Virus record (IMG/VR): IMGVR_UViG_3300001869_000005
Coordinates: 1 to 64,000 of that record
Reading direction: 5' to 3' (one strand)
Source: a virus
Taxonomy: Duplodnaviria > Caudoviricetes
Length of the DNA: 64,000 nt
This document shows positions 28,446 through 39,158 of the stretch, piece by piece. The first letter of the stretch is position 1. Each line of letters begins with the position of its first letter. Under the pieces are notes generated by a model. That model was given only the letters and a program-made list of their open reading frames with translations. It had not been told where the DNA came from and made no database searches. Position numbers and translations under genes: made by a program.

Positions 28446-29669
28446 ATGAGTAAAAAACTAACTAAAGACAATGTACAAGATGAAGCAGTAGAACTTAGTA
28501 AAACAAACAATAGATTATTACTTAAACATGGGACTGGACTTGGTAAGTCATTAAGTTTTATAAGAATACAAGAATACCACAAACCCAAATCCGTATATAT
28601 AATAGTTGCAGAAAGAAGTCATGTTCAAAATTGGATTAACGAATACAAAAAGCATGGCAAAGAAGAATTATTAAAAACAGTTACATTCTTTTGTTACGCT
28701 TCTTTAAAAAAGTATGCTAATACAAGTGTAGACATGATTTGTTTAGATGAAGGACATCATGTATCTTCAGATATACGGTTAGATTATTTATCTTCCATAA
28801 GATACAATAATTTAATCCTATTATCCGCAACTATAAAAAACGATCAAATACAAAAGATTGAGGATGTCACAGGTGTTTTTTATAAATATAAAATTCCTTT
28901 GGCCGATGCAATAGAAGCTGAAATAATACCAACTCCTACGTTTTATCTTATTCCTTTAGAATTAAATAATGTCATAACAGAACTTATTGAATTCTCACGA
29001 GGAAACAAGCAAAAACAAGAAAAAATATATTGTGAATTTAAGGATAGATTCAAGTATATAACTAATAAGAAAGATTATCCTGATTTATACCTGATTATAA
29101 GGTGTACTCAAAGTCAAAAAGAACAATACATTACTAGCCAATACTCTTATTATAAAAATAAATATTTTATGACAAGAACTATTATGGCTAAAAATAAATG
29201 GTTGCTCACAGGAACCGAGAGAAAAAGATATTTAGCGGATATAAAAACATCTTATGTTCAAAAATTACTTACAAAGTTTCAAAATAAAAGATTTATATGC
29301 TTTTGTGGCAGTATAAAACAAGCAAGAATCTTATCAGAAGATAAAAATTTAATATGTTCAGATCATTACGACATTGGTAAAATAGAAATGTTTAATGAAG
29401 GGCTTATTAATAATTTGTTTGTTGTAAATATGCTAAAAGAGGGTGAAAATTTAAATAATGTTGAAATTGGGGTAATAGTACAATTAGATGGAGAAACTGG
29501 CTCTTTTATTCAAAAAAGTGGTAGAATTATGAGATCAAAAAATCCTATAATATATCTATTTTACTTTAAAGGAACAAGAGATGAAGTTTACTTAGATAAT
29601 GTACTAAAAGAAATAAGTATAGAACATATTCGTACTATAGACAATGTTGATAATATTAATTTAATATAA
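28446..29669 (+). CDS. Superfamily 2 helicase
   Basis: GTGLGKS, DEGH, LSAT, QKSGRIMR. Confidence 0.9.
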   Translation: MSKKLTKDNVQDEAVELSKTNNRLLLKHGTGLGKSLSFIRIQEYHKPKSVYIIVAERSHVQNWINEYKKHGKEELLKTVTFFCYASLKKYANTSVDMICLDEGHHVSSDIRLDYLSSIRYNNLILLSATIKNDQIQKIEDVTGVFYKYKIPLADAIEAEIIPTPTFYLIPLELNNVITELIEFSRGNKQKQEKIYCEFKDRFKYITNKKDYPDLYLIIRCTQSQKEQYITSQYSYYKNKYFMTRTIMAKNKWLLTGTERKRYLADIKTSYVQKLLTKFQNKRFICFCGSIKQARILSEDKNLICSDHYDIGKIEMFNEGLINNLFVVNMLKEGENLNNVEIGVIVQLDGETGSFIQKSGRIMRSKNPIIYLFYFKGTRDEVYLDNVLKEISIEHIRTIDNVDNINLI

Positions 29670-29673
29670 ACTG

Positions 29674-29979
29674 ATGATTATGGATGATAGAAATAATGAT
29701 CCTAGTGGTGTTGAGATTAGAACTGATTACATTAAACCGTATGCAATTATAAAATTGGGTACAAAAGTTGCTAAAATTATAGCAGATGGTTACAATTCTG
29801 CCTCTGCAGAAGAAAAATTAACAACTTGTGTTAGAATATTAAGTTTAACCGAAGAAGAATTAACAAGTGTAGCTAAAGTTAAGTTTATTGGAGATATTAT
29901 GACTCGACCAAAAAAGGAAAGAATTAAAATAGCTAATAAATTATATTTTCTTTTAGAACAATCTGCTGAAGAAGTTTAA
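29674..29979 (+). CDS. Hypothetical protein
   Basis: 101 aa ORF. Confidence 0.7.
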   Translation: MIMDDRNNDPSGVEIRTDYIKPYAIIKLGTKVAKIIADGYNSASAEEKLTTCVRILSLTEEELTSVAKVKFIGDIMTRPKKERIKIANKLYFLLEQSAEEV

Positions 29980-29981
29980 AC

Positions 29982-30593
29982 ATGACCATAACTATAAATG
30001 ATGTCTTAATACAACAAAAAGAACTTACTGTAGCAGAATTTTTATATCTTCTACCAATGTATCTTAGAATAGACATAAATAGTGTGGATAAAAGATCCCT
30101 TTCTGAAAGAGGATTTATTGGAGAACGTCTAAGATTTAACACTGAAACCAATAAAATAGAAAGACAAGGGCATTTTATGATGGATAAAGGCAATGGACTT
30201 ATAAGAGATATATTATTAGATTCTGATGATGCTGTAGCCCCTGTAGACAGTTTAGAAGGGCTTGCAAAAGCAATGCAAGAATTATTTCCTAAAGGAAAAA
30301 AAGATGGCACCAATTATTATTGGAGAGGAAATACACCTGAAATAATAAGGAAGTTACAAATCTTTTTTAAAAGATATGGAGATATACCAAATGAACAAGT
30401 TATAGATGCAACAAGGCACTATGTAGAATCTTTTAGAGATTCAAATAGTCCTTATATGCAACTATTAAAATATTTTATCTGGAAAGATAAAATAGACGGC
30501 TCACAGGATTCAGCGCTATTAACATACATTGAAAATTACAGTAAAGACGAGATACAACCTATGAATAATGACTGGACTACTAATTTAAAATAA
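29982..30593 (+). CDS. Replication-associated protein upstream of DnaB (possible initiator or loader)
   Basis: ELFPKG..YWRG..YMQLLKYFIWK; synteny. Confidence 0.6.
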   Translation: MTITINDVLIQQKELTVAEFLYLLPMYLRIDINSVDKRSLSERGFIGERLRFNTETNKIERQGHFMMDKGNGLIRDILLDSDDAVAPVDSLEGLAKAMQELFPKGKKDGTNYYWRGNTPEIIRKLQIFFKRYGDIPNEQVIDATRHYVESFRDSNSPYMQLLKYFIWKDKIDGSQDSALLTYIENYSKDEIQPMNNDWTTNLK

Positions 30594-30595
30594 TT

Positions 30596-31750
30596 ATGTC
30601 TGAGTTATTTGATAGAGTTGTTAATAATTTAATATCAAGAAAAGAAAGAATAGAAAGTGGTCAAATTAATTGTATTCCTTTTGGATTACCTCGATTTGAA
30701 AAAGACTTTCCTGGAGTAGAACAAAAAACTTATTACCAAATAACTGCCTCAACAAAAGTTGGTAAGACACAGATTACAGATTTCCTATTTATGTATCAAA
30801 CATTAATGTATGCATATAGACATAAGGAACAAGTAAGAATTAAAGTGTTTTATTTTAGCCTGGAAATGTCAAAAGAGCAAAAGTATCAACAAATGCTTTG
30901 TCACATTCTATTCAGAATGAGTAAAGGTAAAATACGAATAGACCCAAAAGATCTTAGAAGTACTAAAGCGGACAAACCACTTCCACAACAAATTTTAGAG
31001 ATACTTGGGACAGATGAATATCAAGATTTCTTTGAATTTTTTGAAAAAAATGTTGTTTTTATCGACCAAATTCGCAACCCTTTTGGAATTTACAATTTTG
31101 TAAGAGATTATGCTAGCACACATGGCACTCAGCATAAAAAAAGAGTTGATTTTACTGATAATAACACTGGAGAAGTAAAGAAACACGAAATTGATGATTA
31201 TTATGAACCAGATGATCCTGATGAATATGTAATGGTCATAGTAGATCATATGGCTCTACTAACTCCAGAAAAAGGAATGACTACTCGTGATGCAATGATA
31301 GAATTATCAGCAAAGTATTTTATCAAAATGAGAAATAAATTTAAGTATATTCCTGTAGCAGTAATCCAACAAGCAGCAATGCAGGAATCTAATGAGAATA
31401 AAAAACTTAATAAATTGAGACCCACTTTAGATGGTTTTGGTGATGCCAAAGTAATATCAAGGGATGGGGACCTCATATTAGGATTATTTGCCCCTTATAG
31501 GCACGAAATTCCTGAATATATGGGATATAATATAACCCACTGGAAAGATAACATTAGATTTCTAGAAATAATAGCTGGTAGAGAAGGAGGAGGAGGCACA
31601 CTATGCCCCTTATTCTTTGATGGTGGTGTTAATTATTTCTTTGAATTACCTTTACCTACCGATACTGTAGAGCTTAGTAAAGCCGAAGTATTAGTAGATA
31701 GAGTTAAAAATAATAAAGTATTTATGAAGGCATGTCGCCATAAAAAATAA
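30596..31750 (+). CDS. dnaB: DnaB-like replicative helicase
   Basis: ASTKVGKT, YFSLEM, VIVDH, VIQQ. Confidence 0.88.
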   Translation: MSELFDRVVNNLISRKERIESGQINCIPFGLPRFEKDFPGVEQKTYYQITASTKVGKTQITDFLFMYQTLMYAYRHKEQVRIKVFYFSLEMSKEQKYQQMLCHILFRMSKGKIRIDPKDLRSTKADKPLPQQILEILGTDEYQDFFEFFEKNVVFIDQIRNPFGIYNFVRDYASTHGTQHKKRVDFTDNNTGEVKKHEIDDYYEPDDPDEYVMVIVDHMALLTPEKGMTTRDAMIELSAKYFIKMRNKFKYIPVAVIQQAAMQESNENKKLNKLRPTLDGFGDAKVISRDGDLILGLFAPYRHEIPEYMGYNITHWKDNIRFLEIIAGREGGGGTLCPLFFDGGVNYFFELPLPTDTVELSKAEVLVDRVKNNKVFMKACRHKK

Positions 31751-31753
31751 TAA

Positions 31754-32431
31754 ATGGGTAGAATTTTAATTGTATTAGGTCCAACTGGATCTGGTAAAAG
31801 CAGAAGTGTCAAAAACTTAAACCCCGATGAGACATTGATTATCAATGTATTAAAAAAGGATTTACCTTTTAGGGGTTCGAGGGCTATGTATTCTGCAGAA
31901 AAAAAGAATATTGTCTCAATTTCAGATTGGGATAAAATAGTAAACTTTATAGGTGTTGTAAATAATATGCCTAATGTTAAACAACTCATAATTGACGATT
32001 CTCGATTTATCATGGAGAAGGAATTTATGAGAAGAGCTAAAGATGTGGGTTATGGTAAATTCACAGAGTTTGCACAACATTTTCAAGCAATTATAGAAGC
32101 TGCTGAAAATTCAAGAGAAGATTTGATAGTAATTCTTATGATGCACGATGATGATGTTTTAAATGATAAAGCAATCGTTGGTAAAAAGGTTAAACTAGTA
32201 GGTAAAATGGTTGAAGATCACTACAATCCTATTGAAGTAGTCCCAATTTGTCTATATTGTAAACCTACATTTGAAAAAAATGGAGAAGCTGCATATCAAT
32301 TCTTTACTCAAAAAGTAATGCTTGATTCTGTAGAAATACCTGCTAAATCACCCGAAGGAATGTTTGATTTAAAGATTCCTAATGATCTCAGCATTGTAAT
32401 AAATGCTATGAATTCCTATTATGAAGAATAA
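31754..32431 (+). CDS. AAA-type ATPase (Sak4-like)
   Basis: GPTGSGKS, IIDD, AKSPEGMF. Confidence 0.8.
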   Translation: MGRILIVLGPTGSGKSRSVKNLNPDETLIINVLKKDLPFRGSRAMYSAEKKNIVSISDWDKIVNFIGVVNNMPNVKQLIIDDSRFIMEKEFMRRAKDVGYGKFTEFAQHFQAIIEAAENSREDLIVILMMHDDDVLNDKAIVGKKVKLVGKMVEDHYNPIEVVPICLYCKPTFEKNGEAAYQFFTQKVMLDSVEIPAKSPEGMFDLKIPNDLSIVINAMNSYYEE

Positions 32432-32447
32432 TTTAAAAGAAAAAAAG

Positions 32448-33344
32448 ATGAGTAAAGTTGCGATGATGGCCTGGGGTAGTGGCCAAGATACTACCGTAGA
32501 ACAAGTTGGATATAAGAAATATATCGGAGTAGGAGTTTGTAATGTAATTGCAATCAATCCTACAAAAACACAAATAGAACAAATTTATGGTTCTGCTCCT
32601 GATAAAGACCCCGAATACATCGGTAAAGATCCAGAAGGTAAAGACCAAATTAGAATAGACTGTATCCTTAAAACAGTTCCTGAAAAAAACAATGGAATTG
32701 AAGCAATTAGTAAAGTAAGTTTCTTTTTAAAGAAAGCTCTTCGTATCAGTTCAACTGGTAAAATTCAAGTAGTTAACAAATATGGTGAATTTGCATATAT
32801 TGAAGAGGCCCTTGCTAAAAAGGGTGAACTTCCCGATAATATGCAATGGTATTTAGCGCCTTATCGTCCTGCAATGGATGGTGAAGAAAATCTAACCCAC
32901 TTTTTAAAAACCTTCTTAGGAATTCAAACTAGAAGTTGGAAAGATGCTAATGGTAAAGAACATCAAGTTGAAGATTTAGCTACAGCAGAAGCTCAATTAG
33001 AAGACATTCAAAAATATTTCTCTGGAAATGTTAAAGAATTAGTTGATCTACTTGCTTTACAAAAGGATAATACAATCAAAGTAGTGTTTGGGGTAAAATC
33101 AACAGATGATGGCAAAGAGTATCAAGATGTATTTACCCGTAAATTCCTTCGTGGAAATGCTCGTAACAACTCTGCACTTGATTCTGAAATTACTAAATCT
33201 CAAGCAGCAGGAGCATACCCTAAAACTGTATTCTCCAGCGCTCCTTTACAGGAATATACTGTAGCGGCTACTGTATTTAGTAATACCCCCACAACTCCTC
33301 CAGCACCGGCTAATGTTGAAGATTGGTTTGGCGCAGGTAAATAA
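32448..33344 (+). CDS. Putative single-stranded DNA-binding protein
   Basis: Between ATPase and primase; Pro-rich then acidic/aromatic tail EDWF. Confidence 0.6.
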   Translation: MSKVAMMAWGSGQDTTVEQVGYKKYIGVGVCNVIAINPTKTQIEQIYGSAPDKDPEYIGKDPEGKDQIRIDCILKTVPEKNNGIEAISKVSFFLKKALRISSTGKIQVVNKYGEFAYIEEALAKKGELPDNMQWYLAPYRPAMDGEENLTHFLKTFLGIQTRSWKDANGKEHQVEDLATAEAQLEDIQKYFSGNVKELVDLLALQKDNTIKVVFGVKSTDDGKEYQDVFTRKFLRGNARNNSALDSEITKSQAAGAYPKTVFSSAPLQEYTVAATVFSNTPTTPPAPANVEDWFGAGK

Positions 33345-33351
33345 GTAATAA

Positions 33352-34359
33352 ATGTTTGCACAAGGGAGAAACGAATCACATGTAGACAAAGTATTAACTA
33401 TTCCCGAAATAGACATTCTTAATTTCTATTTAGGTATCAATGAAATACCATGTCTTATAAATTCTCCTTTAAGAGTTGATAATAATCCATCATTTGGTAT
33501 TAACACCACTGATGGAATAAAATTGCACTTTAAAGATTTCTCAACACAAGAAGCTGGAGGTACTTTTGATTTACTCATGAAGTACTTCCAGCTTTCTTTT
33601 AATGAGTTATTAGAGAAGATTTATCAAGACATGTCTCCTGGATATACACAGAATGGTTCATTTATAGTCCCACACAGAACAAAGGGAAAAATAAGTTATA
33701 ATAGTAACACTGAACTCAAATGTAAAACTAGGGACTGGAAAGATTATGATATTGCTTATTGGGAATCCTATGGGATATCGTTACCTTGGTTACAATTTGG
33801 TAATGTATATCCTATATCTCATACAATTATTCATAACATTGACACTGATCAGACTTATACATTTGCTGCTGAAAAGTATGCTTATGTGTATGTAGAATTT
33901 AAGGATGATGTAGAAAGTTTAAAAACATATCAACCATTTAGTCAAAAACGCAAGTGGGTAAATAAACATGATTCATCTGTGTGGGATTTATGGCAACAAT
34001 TACCTGAATCTGGAGAAACTCTTATCATTACCTCTTCTAGAAAGGACGCTCTATGCATTTGGGAGAATGCCAGCATTCCTGCTTGTAGTCTTCAGGCAGA
34101 ATCATATTTGCCTAAAGAACACGTCGTAGAAGAGCTTAAAAACAGGTTTACAAACGTATATATCCTATATGATAATGACTTTGACAAAAAAGAAAACTGG
34201 GGTGAACATCTTGGTGCTAAAATGTCAGAAAAATATGGTTTAACCCAATTACATTTACCTATAGAACTTAAAGCAAAAGATGTAAGCGATCTATGTAAAA
34301 TGTATGGAAGAAATACAGTAAATAAAACAATTAACTTATTAATAACAAATCATGAGTAA
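33352..34359 (+). CDS. dnaG: DNA primase (TOPRIM)
   Basis: SPLRVDNNPSF, ITSSRKD, LYDND, KDVSD. Confidence 0.88.
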   Translation: MFAQGRNESHVDKVLTIPEIDILNFYLGINEIPCLINSPLRVDNNPSFGINTTDGIKLHFKDFSTQEAGGTFDLLMKYFQLSFNELLEKIYQDMSPGYTQNGSFIVPHRTKGKISYNSNTELKCKTRDWKDYDIAYWESYGISLPWLQFGNVYPISHTIIHNIDTDQTYTFAAEKYAYVYVEFKDDVESLKTYQPFSQKRKWVNKHDSSVWDLWQQLPESGETLIITSSRKDALCIWENASIPACSLQAESYLPKEHVVEELKNRFTNVYILYDNDFDKKENWGEHLGAKMSEKYGLTQLHLPIELKAKDVSDLCKMYGRNTVNKTINLLITNHE

Positions 34360-34585
34360 AGTAAGTACATTTAAAACTCTGGGTACTAAATATCCAGAAT
34401 TCAAAAATCTATCAACAAATCATTTTTCTCAACTTAATAGACTACAGGAGATATATCCAATTGTAAGAACATTACGAGAAGATTATCCTGCAGCTAAAAC
34501 TGAATTTTATAATTATCCAACTATTCCCACAAAGGATTTGGGTAAGAAAATATTTGTATTTATTCAAAATAATTTAACCAATTAA
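34352..34585 (+). CDS. Hypothetical protein
   Basis: 77 aa ORF. Confidence 0.6.
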   Translation: MSKVSTFKTLGTKYPEFKNLSTNHFSQLNRLQEIYPIVRTLREDYPAAKTEFYNYPTIPTKDLGKKIFVFIQNNLTN

Positions 34586-34594
34586 ATAATTTTT

Positions 34595-34620
34595 GGGGAA
34601 GATAATCTCTTCCCCTTTTT
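34595..34620 (+). terminator. Rho-independent terminator
   Basis: GGGGAAGA-TAATC-TCTTCCCC-TTTTT. Confidence 0.8.
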
Positions 34621-34644
34621 ATAAACCCTTATAGATTTTTAAAA

Positions 34645-35139
34645 ATGGATGAAGAACTCGACATTTACAACGAATTAGCAAATCTAAGACCCTTTAAAGG
34701 GTCAGAGGATTGTTTAACTCCAGAAGAGTATTTAAAACTATATTTTGACTTAGGAAGACCTGAAACAAAGTTTAGAAATGGCACAATACAATGTTCCAGA
34801 GATTGTAACAGAAGCTTTTTTGATTTATACTATCTTACAAAAGCCAAATTCAATGATGTTACATTAGAGGACGTTGCAAAAATTCTTATTAATTTATGTG
34901 AAGATTATGGTAATACGGGCATAAGTGCCTTATTTTGTCCCAATATTGAAAAAGTAGTATTTACTAATTTTTCGGAAAAAGGTTATGAATTAGAAGACTA
35001 TAGTTTCTTTTATGACCAAGATTCTCTTATGACTAATGACCGGGATACTGAAAAATATGGTGTTGATAATATATCTTTTTTAGATATAATCTCATTATCT
35101 GGTAAAAAAAGAAGGGAAATTATTACTATAATATATTAA
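34645..35139 (+). CDS. Hypothetical protein, tandem paralog 1
   Basis: QC..NRSFFDLYYLTKAKF. Confidence 0.75.
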   Translation: MDEELDIYNELANLRPFKGSEDCLTPEEYLKLYFDLGRPETKFRNGTIQCSRDCNRSFFDLYYLTKAKFNDVTLEDVAKILINLCEDYGNTGISALFCPNIEKVVFTNFSEKGYELEDYSFFYDQDSLMTNDRDTEKYGVDNISFLDIISLSGKKRREIITIIY

Positions 35140-35141
35140 TT

Positions 35142-35636
35142 ATGGAAGAAAAACAATTATATGTAATTCCTAAAGAAATTGAGGATGACTTATCTAGATT
35201 AGTTCCTTATAAAGGAAGTGAAGAAATTACTGATCCTATAGAATATATTCTTAATTATATAAACATAGGGGCACCTTCAACATTTTACAATGATGGGGAA
35301 TTACAATGTAGAAGTGGAAGAAACAGAAGTTTCTTGGACTTGTATTTTCTAACTAAGGCAAAATTTCCTGAAATTACATTGTCAGAATTTGCTAAAATCT
35401 TTTTAGAATTGCACGAGGTTCCCTATGGAAACAGGTTTAAGATTATAGTATATGTATGTGGGAATATCCAAAAACCCGTATTATATATGGGATATAGCAT
35501 TTATGGGGGGGCACTAAGTATTTCTACTGTGGAGCATATGGAGAAGTATTTATTCCGTAGTACATATACAGATATTACAATAGCACAAATCTTTGATTTA
35601 GTTGGATTAGATTATTATCATTTTATAAAAGAATAA
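35142..35636 (+). CDS. Hypothetical protein, tandem paralog 2
   Basis: QC..NRSFLDLYFLTKAKF. Confidence 0.75.
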   Translation: MEEKQLYVIPKEIEDDLSRLVPYKGSEEITDPIEYILNYINIGAPSTFYNDGELQCRSGRNRSFLDLYFLTKAKFPEITLSEFAKIFLELHEVPYGNRFKIIVYVCGNIQKPVLYMGYSIYGGALSISTVEHMEKYLFRSTYTDITIAQIFDLVGLDYYHFIKE

Positions 35637-35638
35637 TT

Positions 35639-36004
35639 ATGTATATTGGAGTTTATGGAACCCTTAAAAAGGGTCAACACGCAAATTGGATGTTAGCGAA
35701 CAGTCCTTTTATTGGAGAATTTAGGACAGACATACCTTTTCAAATGTATAATTTAGGGGCATATCCAGCATTAATCGCAGATGAAGAAAGTCATCCCATT
35801 ACATTAGAAGTATATGCTGTTACCGATGAAGACATTTTAAATTGTCTTAATACGTATGAAGGATATCCAAGTCTTTATCAAAAAAGTGAAATCATGGTGG
35901 ATAAGAAAGAATGGACAGAAGCTATAGAAGTAACAATCTATACTATGAAGAATAACCATAAAGATAGATTTATGAGTGTTGTAGAATCTGGTAATTGGAA
36001 ATAA
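35639..36004 (+). CDS. Gamma-glutamylcyclotransferase (AIG2-like)
   Basis: VYGTLKKG, YPAL, EVY, YEGYP. Confidence 0.9.
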   Translation: MYIGVYGTLKKGQHANWMLANSPFIGEFRTDIPFQMYNLGAYPALIADEESHPITLEVYAVTDEDILNCLNTYEGYPSLYQKSEIMVDKKEWTEAIEVTIYTMKNNHKDRFMSVVESGNWK

Positions 36005-36021
36005 TTTAAAATTAAAAAAAT

Positions 36022-36801
36022 ATGTTCGTACAAATTAGAAGTAAAAATGATACTGCTGCTGCCCTTAGAGGTAAAGTAGTTACTAGAAAAAGAACAGTAC
36101 TGCGTTTGGGTAGTAATACCTCAACTGATCAAATCTTTCCAGAAGGAGTTCGTAGAGGTAAAGAAATCGTTGAAATCAATACAGTTGAAGCGTGTCATAA
36201 TAGTGGTAACAAAATTACCATGAAACAAATGTTTGATGCTGCTGGAATAATTACTGCAGAATGGAAACCTTTGAATGAAGTCTTTGAAGAAAATAATGTC
36301 ATAGATTGGGATCATTTCCCAGCCATCATTAAACACAAAAATTCCAGTAAAGGAAATGGTATTTTCTATATTGAAGACGGTGATCAATTAAGAACTTTTC
36401 AAAATGAACACAACAATCTTTCTAATTACATTATTGAGAAATTTTACAATTATGTAAAAGAATATCGACTCCATGTCACAAAAGATGGTTGTTTCTATAC
36501 ATGTCGTAAAATGCTTAGAGATGATGCACAAGAAAGATGGCATCGTCACGACAGTAATTCTGTATGGATTCTTGAAGAGAATGAATTATTTGATAAACCA
36601 TCAAATTGGGATGCAATTGTTGCTGAGTGTGTAAAAGCTATGCAATCAGTTGGTCTTGATATCTCCGCAATTGACATTAAGGTGAATAAACAACGTGAAC
36701 CTAAATTTATTATTTTGGAGACAAATTCTGGGCCTGCCTTGGCAACTATTACTACAGAAAAATATATCAATAAATTACAAGAAATCGTAGATGAATTTTG
36801 A
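36022..36801 (+). CDS. ATP-grasp peptide ligase
   Basis: KGNGI, EYRLHV, AIDI, ILETNSGP. Confidence 0.88.
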   Translation: MFVQIRSKNDTAAALRGKVVTRKRTVLRLGSNTSTDQIFPEGVRRGKEIVEINTVEACHNSGNKITMKQMFDAAGIITAEWKPLNEVFEENNVIDWDHFPAIIKHKNSSKGNGIFYIEDGDQLRTFQNEHNNLSNYIIEKFYNYVKEYRLHVTKDGCFYTCRKMLRDDAQERWHRHDSNSVWILEENELFDKPSNWDAIVAECVKAMQSVGLDISAIDIKVNKQREPKFIILETNSGPALATITTEKYINKLQEIVDEF

Positions 36802-37591
36802 TCAGACTAGAAATTTTTATACTGTATACAAATATAAATTCTTAGATTCAACGGAATGGACTGTTCCTTTACAAACTAATTGTTTTGGTACATTTTTTTC
36901 AGATACTAAAGTAAAAAATGCTATAGAAACAGAATCTTCAAAAAGTATAGAATTTAATATATTTGTTAACACTGACCCTAAAAGTAATACCGCTCTTTGT
37001 AATTTATGTTTATTAAACAAAGAAGAAGTTATTAGTTTCCTTGACGAGATTAAACAATGGATAAACTTTTCTTATACATTAGAATACGAAGAAAAATGTT
37101 TTTACATTAATTTAATCACTAGTACTAATCTTCTAGGTAATAAATTACTATTAACTTTAGTAAGATTCTTATGGGAAGGTCCTTTTAATATTTGTTTAAA
37201 AGAGGCAATAGAGTTAAAAAAAAGAAATTATTTCCCAAAGTTGACTCTTTTGTATACACATCTTTTAGTGCAAACATCTTTATATAGGGATTGCGCTCAG
37301 CCACACGGATTAATTTCTCATCCAACTAAGCCTATTCCAATTTATACAAAGTTAAAGTTAAAAAATAAACTTAAAATCCCAGCAAACGATCGTAACCCAG
37401 TGAATAATTTCTTTAATAATCCTGGAGGAGATTTTACTTTTTATGCAGGAGGATCTTTGTATAAAACAAATACCCCCAACAATTTATTTTTAAAAGATGG
37501 GAAGTTGGCAATGGAAGATGCAGACATTAGTAGTCGTGTAGAAAATTATCATAATATTAATTATAAAACATTATTTGGTGAACAAAAATAA
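36791..37591 (+). CDS. Hypothetical protein in the ligase cluster
   Basis: 266 aa, overlaps neighbours. Confidence 0.75.
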   Translation: MNFDQTRNFYTVYKYKFLDSTEWTVPLQTNCFGTFFSDTKVKNAIETESSKSIEFNIFVNTDPKSNTALCNLCLLNKEEVISFLDEIKQWINFSYTLEYEEKCFYINLITSTNLLGNKLLLTLVRFLWEGPFNICLKEAIELKKRNYFPKLTLLYTHLLVQTSLYRDCAQPHGLISHPTKPIPIYTKLKLKNKLKIPANDRNPVNNFFNNPGGDFTFYAGGSLYKTNTPNNLFLKDGKLAMEDADISSRVENYHNINYKTLFGEQK

Positions 37592-38225
37592 ATTAAAAGT
37601 ATATGTTGTTGGACCTTCTACAGGATATGCAAGATTCATTCAGGATTATGTACTAGTTAATAATATGGCTTCTGCAGATATTATACTATTTACAGGAGGA
37701 GCAGATGTGAATCCAAAACTGTATGGGGAAGAAGCTCATCCTACAACATATTTTAATATGGAACGGGATTTATTTGAAATACAAGAGTATAAGAAATCTC
37801 TAGAAGTGCCTAATGTTTTAAGAGTCGGAATCTGCCGCGGAAATCAGCTCTTGGGTATGTTAAATGGTTGTAAACTAGTACAAGATGTAACCCATCACGC
37901 AATTGGTAAAACCCATAAGGTTATTGTCTATGGAGAAGAGCCGACTATTTTTGATACTACTTCTTTACACCATCAAATGGTGTATCCCTATAACATAAAC
38001 AAAGATGAGTATGATATTTTAGCGGGTTCTTATCCTAAACTATCTGCTCATTATTATGGGGGAGGAATATCCTGGAAAGACTATTACAAAGAAGTAGAAG
38101 TAATCTATTTTCCAAAAACAAATTCTCTTGGAATACAAGGGCATCCGGAAATGATGGACAATTATAGTCCATTCGTTAAATATCTTAATTCAATAATTTT
38201 ATCTAAATTAAATAAAAATGGTTAA
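37575..38225 (+). CDS. Class I glutamine amidotransferase-like (peptidase C26)
   Basis: FTGGADV, GICRG, HHQ, QGHPE. Confidence 0.9.
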   Translation: MVNKNKLKVYVVGPSTGYARFIQDYVLVNNMASADIILFTGGADVNPKLYGEEAHPTTYFNMERDLFEIQEYKKSLEVPNVLRVGICRGNQLLGMLNGCKLVQDVTHHAIGKTHKVIVYGEEPTIFDTTSLHHQMVYPYNINKDEYDILAGSYPKLSAHYYGGGISWKDYYKEVEVIYFPKTNSLGIQGHPEMMDNYSPFVKYLNSIILSKLNKNG

Positions 38226-39096
38226 TGTTAATTATATAGATCATGTTACAATTGGATCTGATCCAGAATTATTTATTTTTAATAATAAAACAAAAACAGT
38301 TGTATCCTCTATTGGATTAATTCCTGGACATAAAAAAGATGCATTTGTTCCAGAAGGATTTCCAGAAGGTTTTGGTTTACAAACAGATAACATCCTTGGG
38401 GAATTTAATATTCCTCCAGTTGTTGTTAATTCTAATCGCCCTGTTGTAGCATTAGAATTTCTTCAGCACATAAACCGAATGAAGGATTATATCAGGGATT
38501 TTGTTAAAATCGTAAATCCAGATTATGACATAAAGTGTAGTGCTTCTGAAATGGTGCCAAATGATCAACTTTGTAGTGATGAAGCCACTCAGTTCGGATG
38601 CGATCCAGATTATAATGTATACACCTTGGGCCAAAATATGGCACCAGAAGGAACTAAAACAAATCTCCGGAGTACAGGCTGCCACATTCATTGTGGATAT
38701 AAAAACCCAACGCTACAAACGTCTTTAAGTCTTATAAAAGTATTAGATTTATATCTGGGAGTTCCTTCAGTATTAATTGATGCTGATACTAGAAGACGTT
38801 CCCTATATGGCAAAGCTGGTTGTTTTAGATTAACAGATTATGGATTAGAATATAGGGTTCTTTCTGGTTATTTCATAAAAACAGATGAACTTATTAATTG
38901 GATGTTTAATCAAACATTACAAGCAATTAATTATTTTAATACTTGTCTGGAACAGGCTTCTTCAGAAGGAAATTTAGAAAACTTTAATATTGATTCATAT
39001 TTACCTTCACAAGGATCAATATTAAATAGTATTAACAATGGTAACAAAATATCAGCAAAAAGATTAATTACAAAGTATGGTATTGAATTAGTATAA
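38218..39096 (+). CDS. phiEco32-like COOH-NH2 ligase type 2
   Basis: GSDPE, DNILGEFNIPP, FGCDPD, HIH, RRSLYGKAG, EYRVLS. Confidence 0.9.
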   Translation: MVNVNYIDHVTIGSDPELFIFNNKTKTVVSSIGLIPGHKKDAFVPEGFPEGFGLQTDNILGEFNIPPVVVNSNRPVVALEFLQHINRMKDYIRDFVKIVNPDYDIKCSASEMVPNDQLCSDEATQFGCDPDYNVYTLGQNMAPEGTKTNLRSTGCHIHCGYKNPTLQTSLSLIKVLDLYLGVPSVLIDADTRRRSLYGKAGCFRLTDYGLEYRVLSGYFIKTDELINWMFNQTLQAINYFNTCLEQASSEGNLENFNIDSYLPSQGSILNSINNGNKISAKRLITKYGIELV

Positions 39097-39158
39097 CTAC
39101 TATTTTATTTACAGATAGTCTTTTTCTTTGAATTATTAATTAAAAAATAAAAAAGTAA

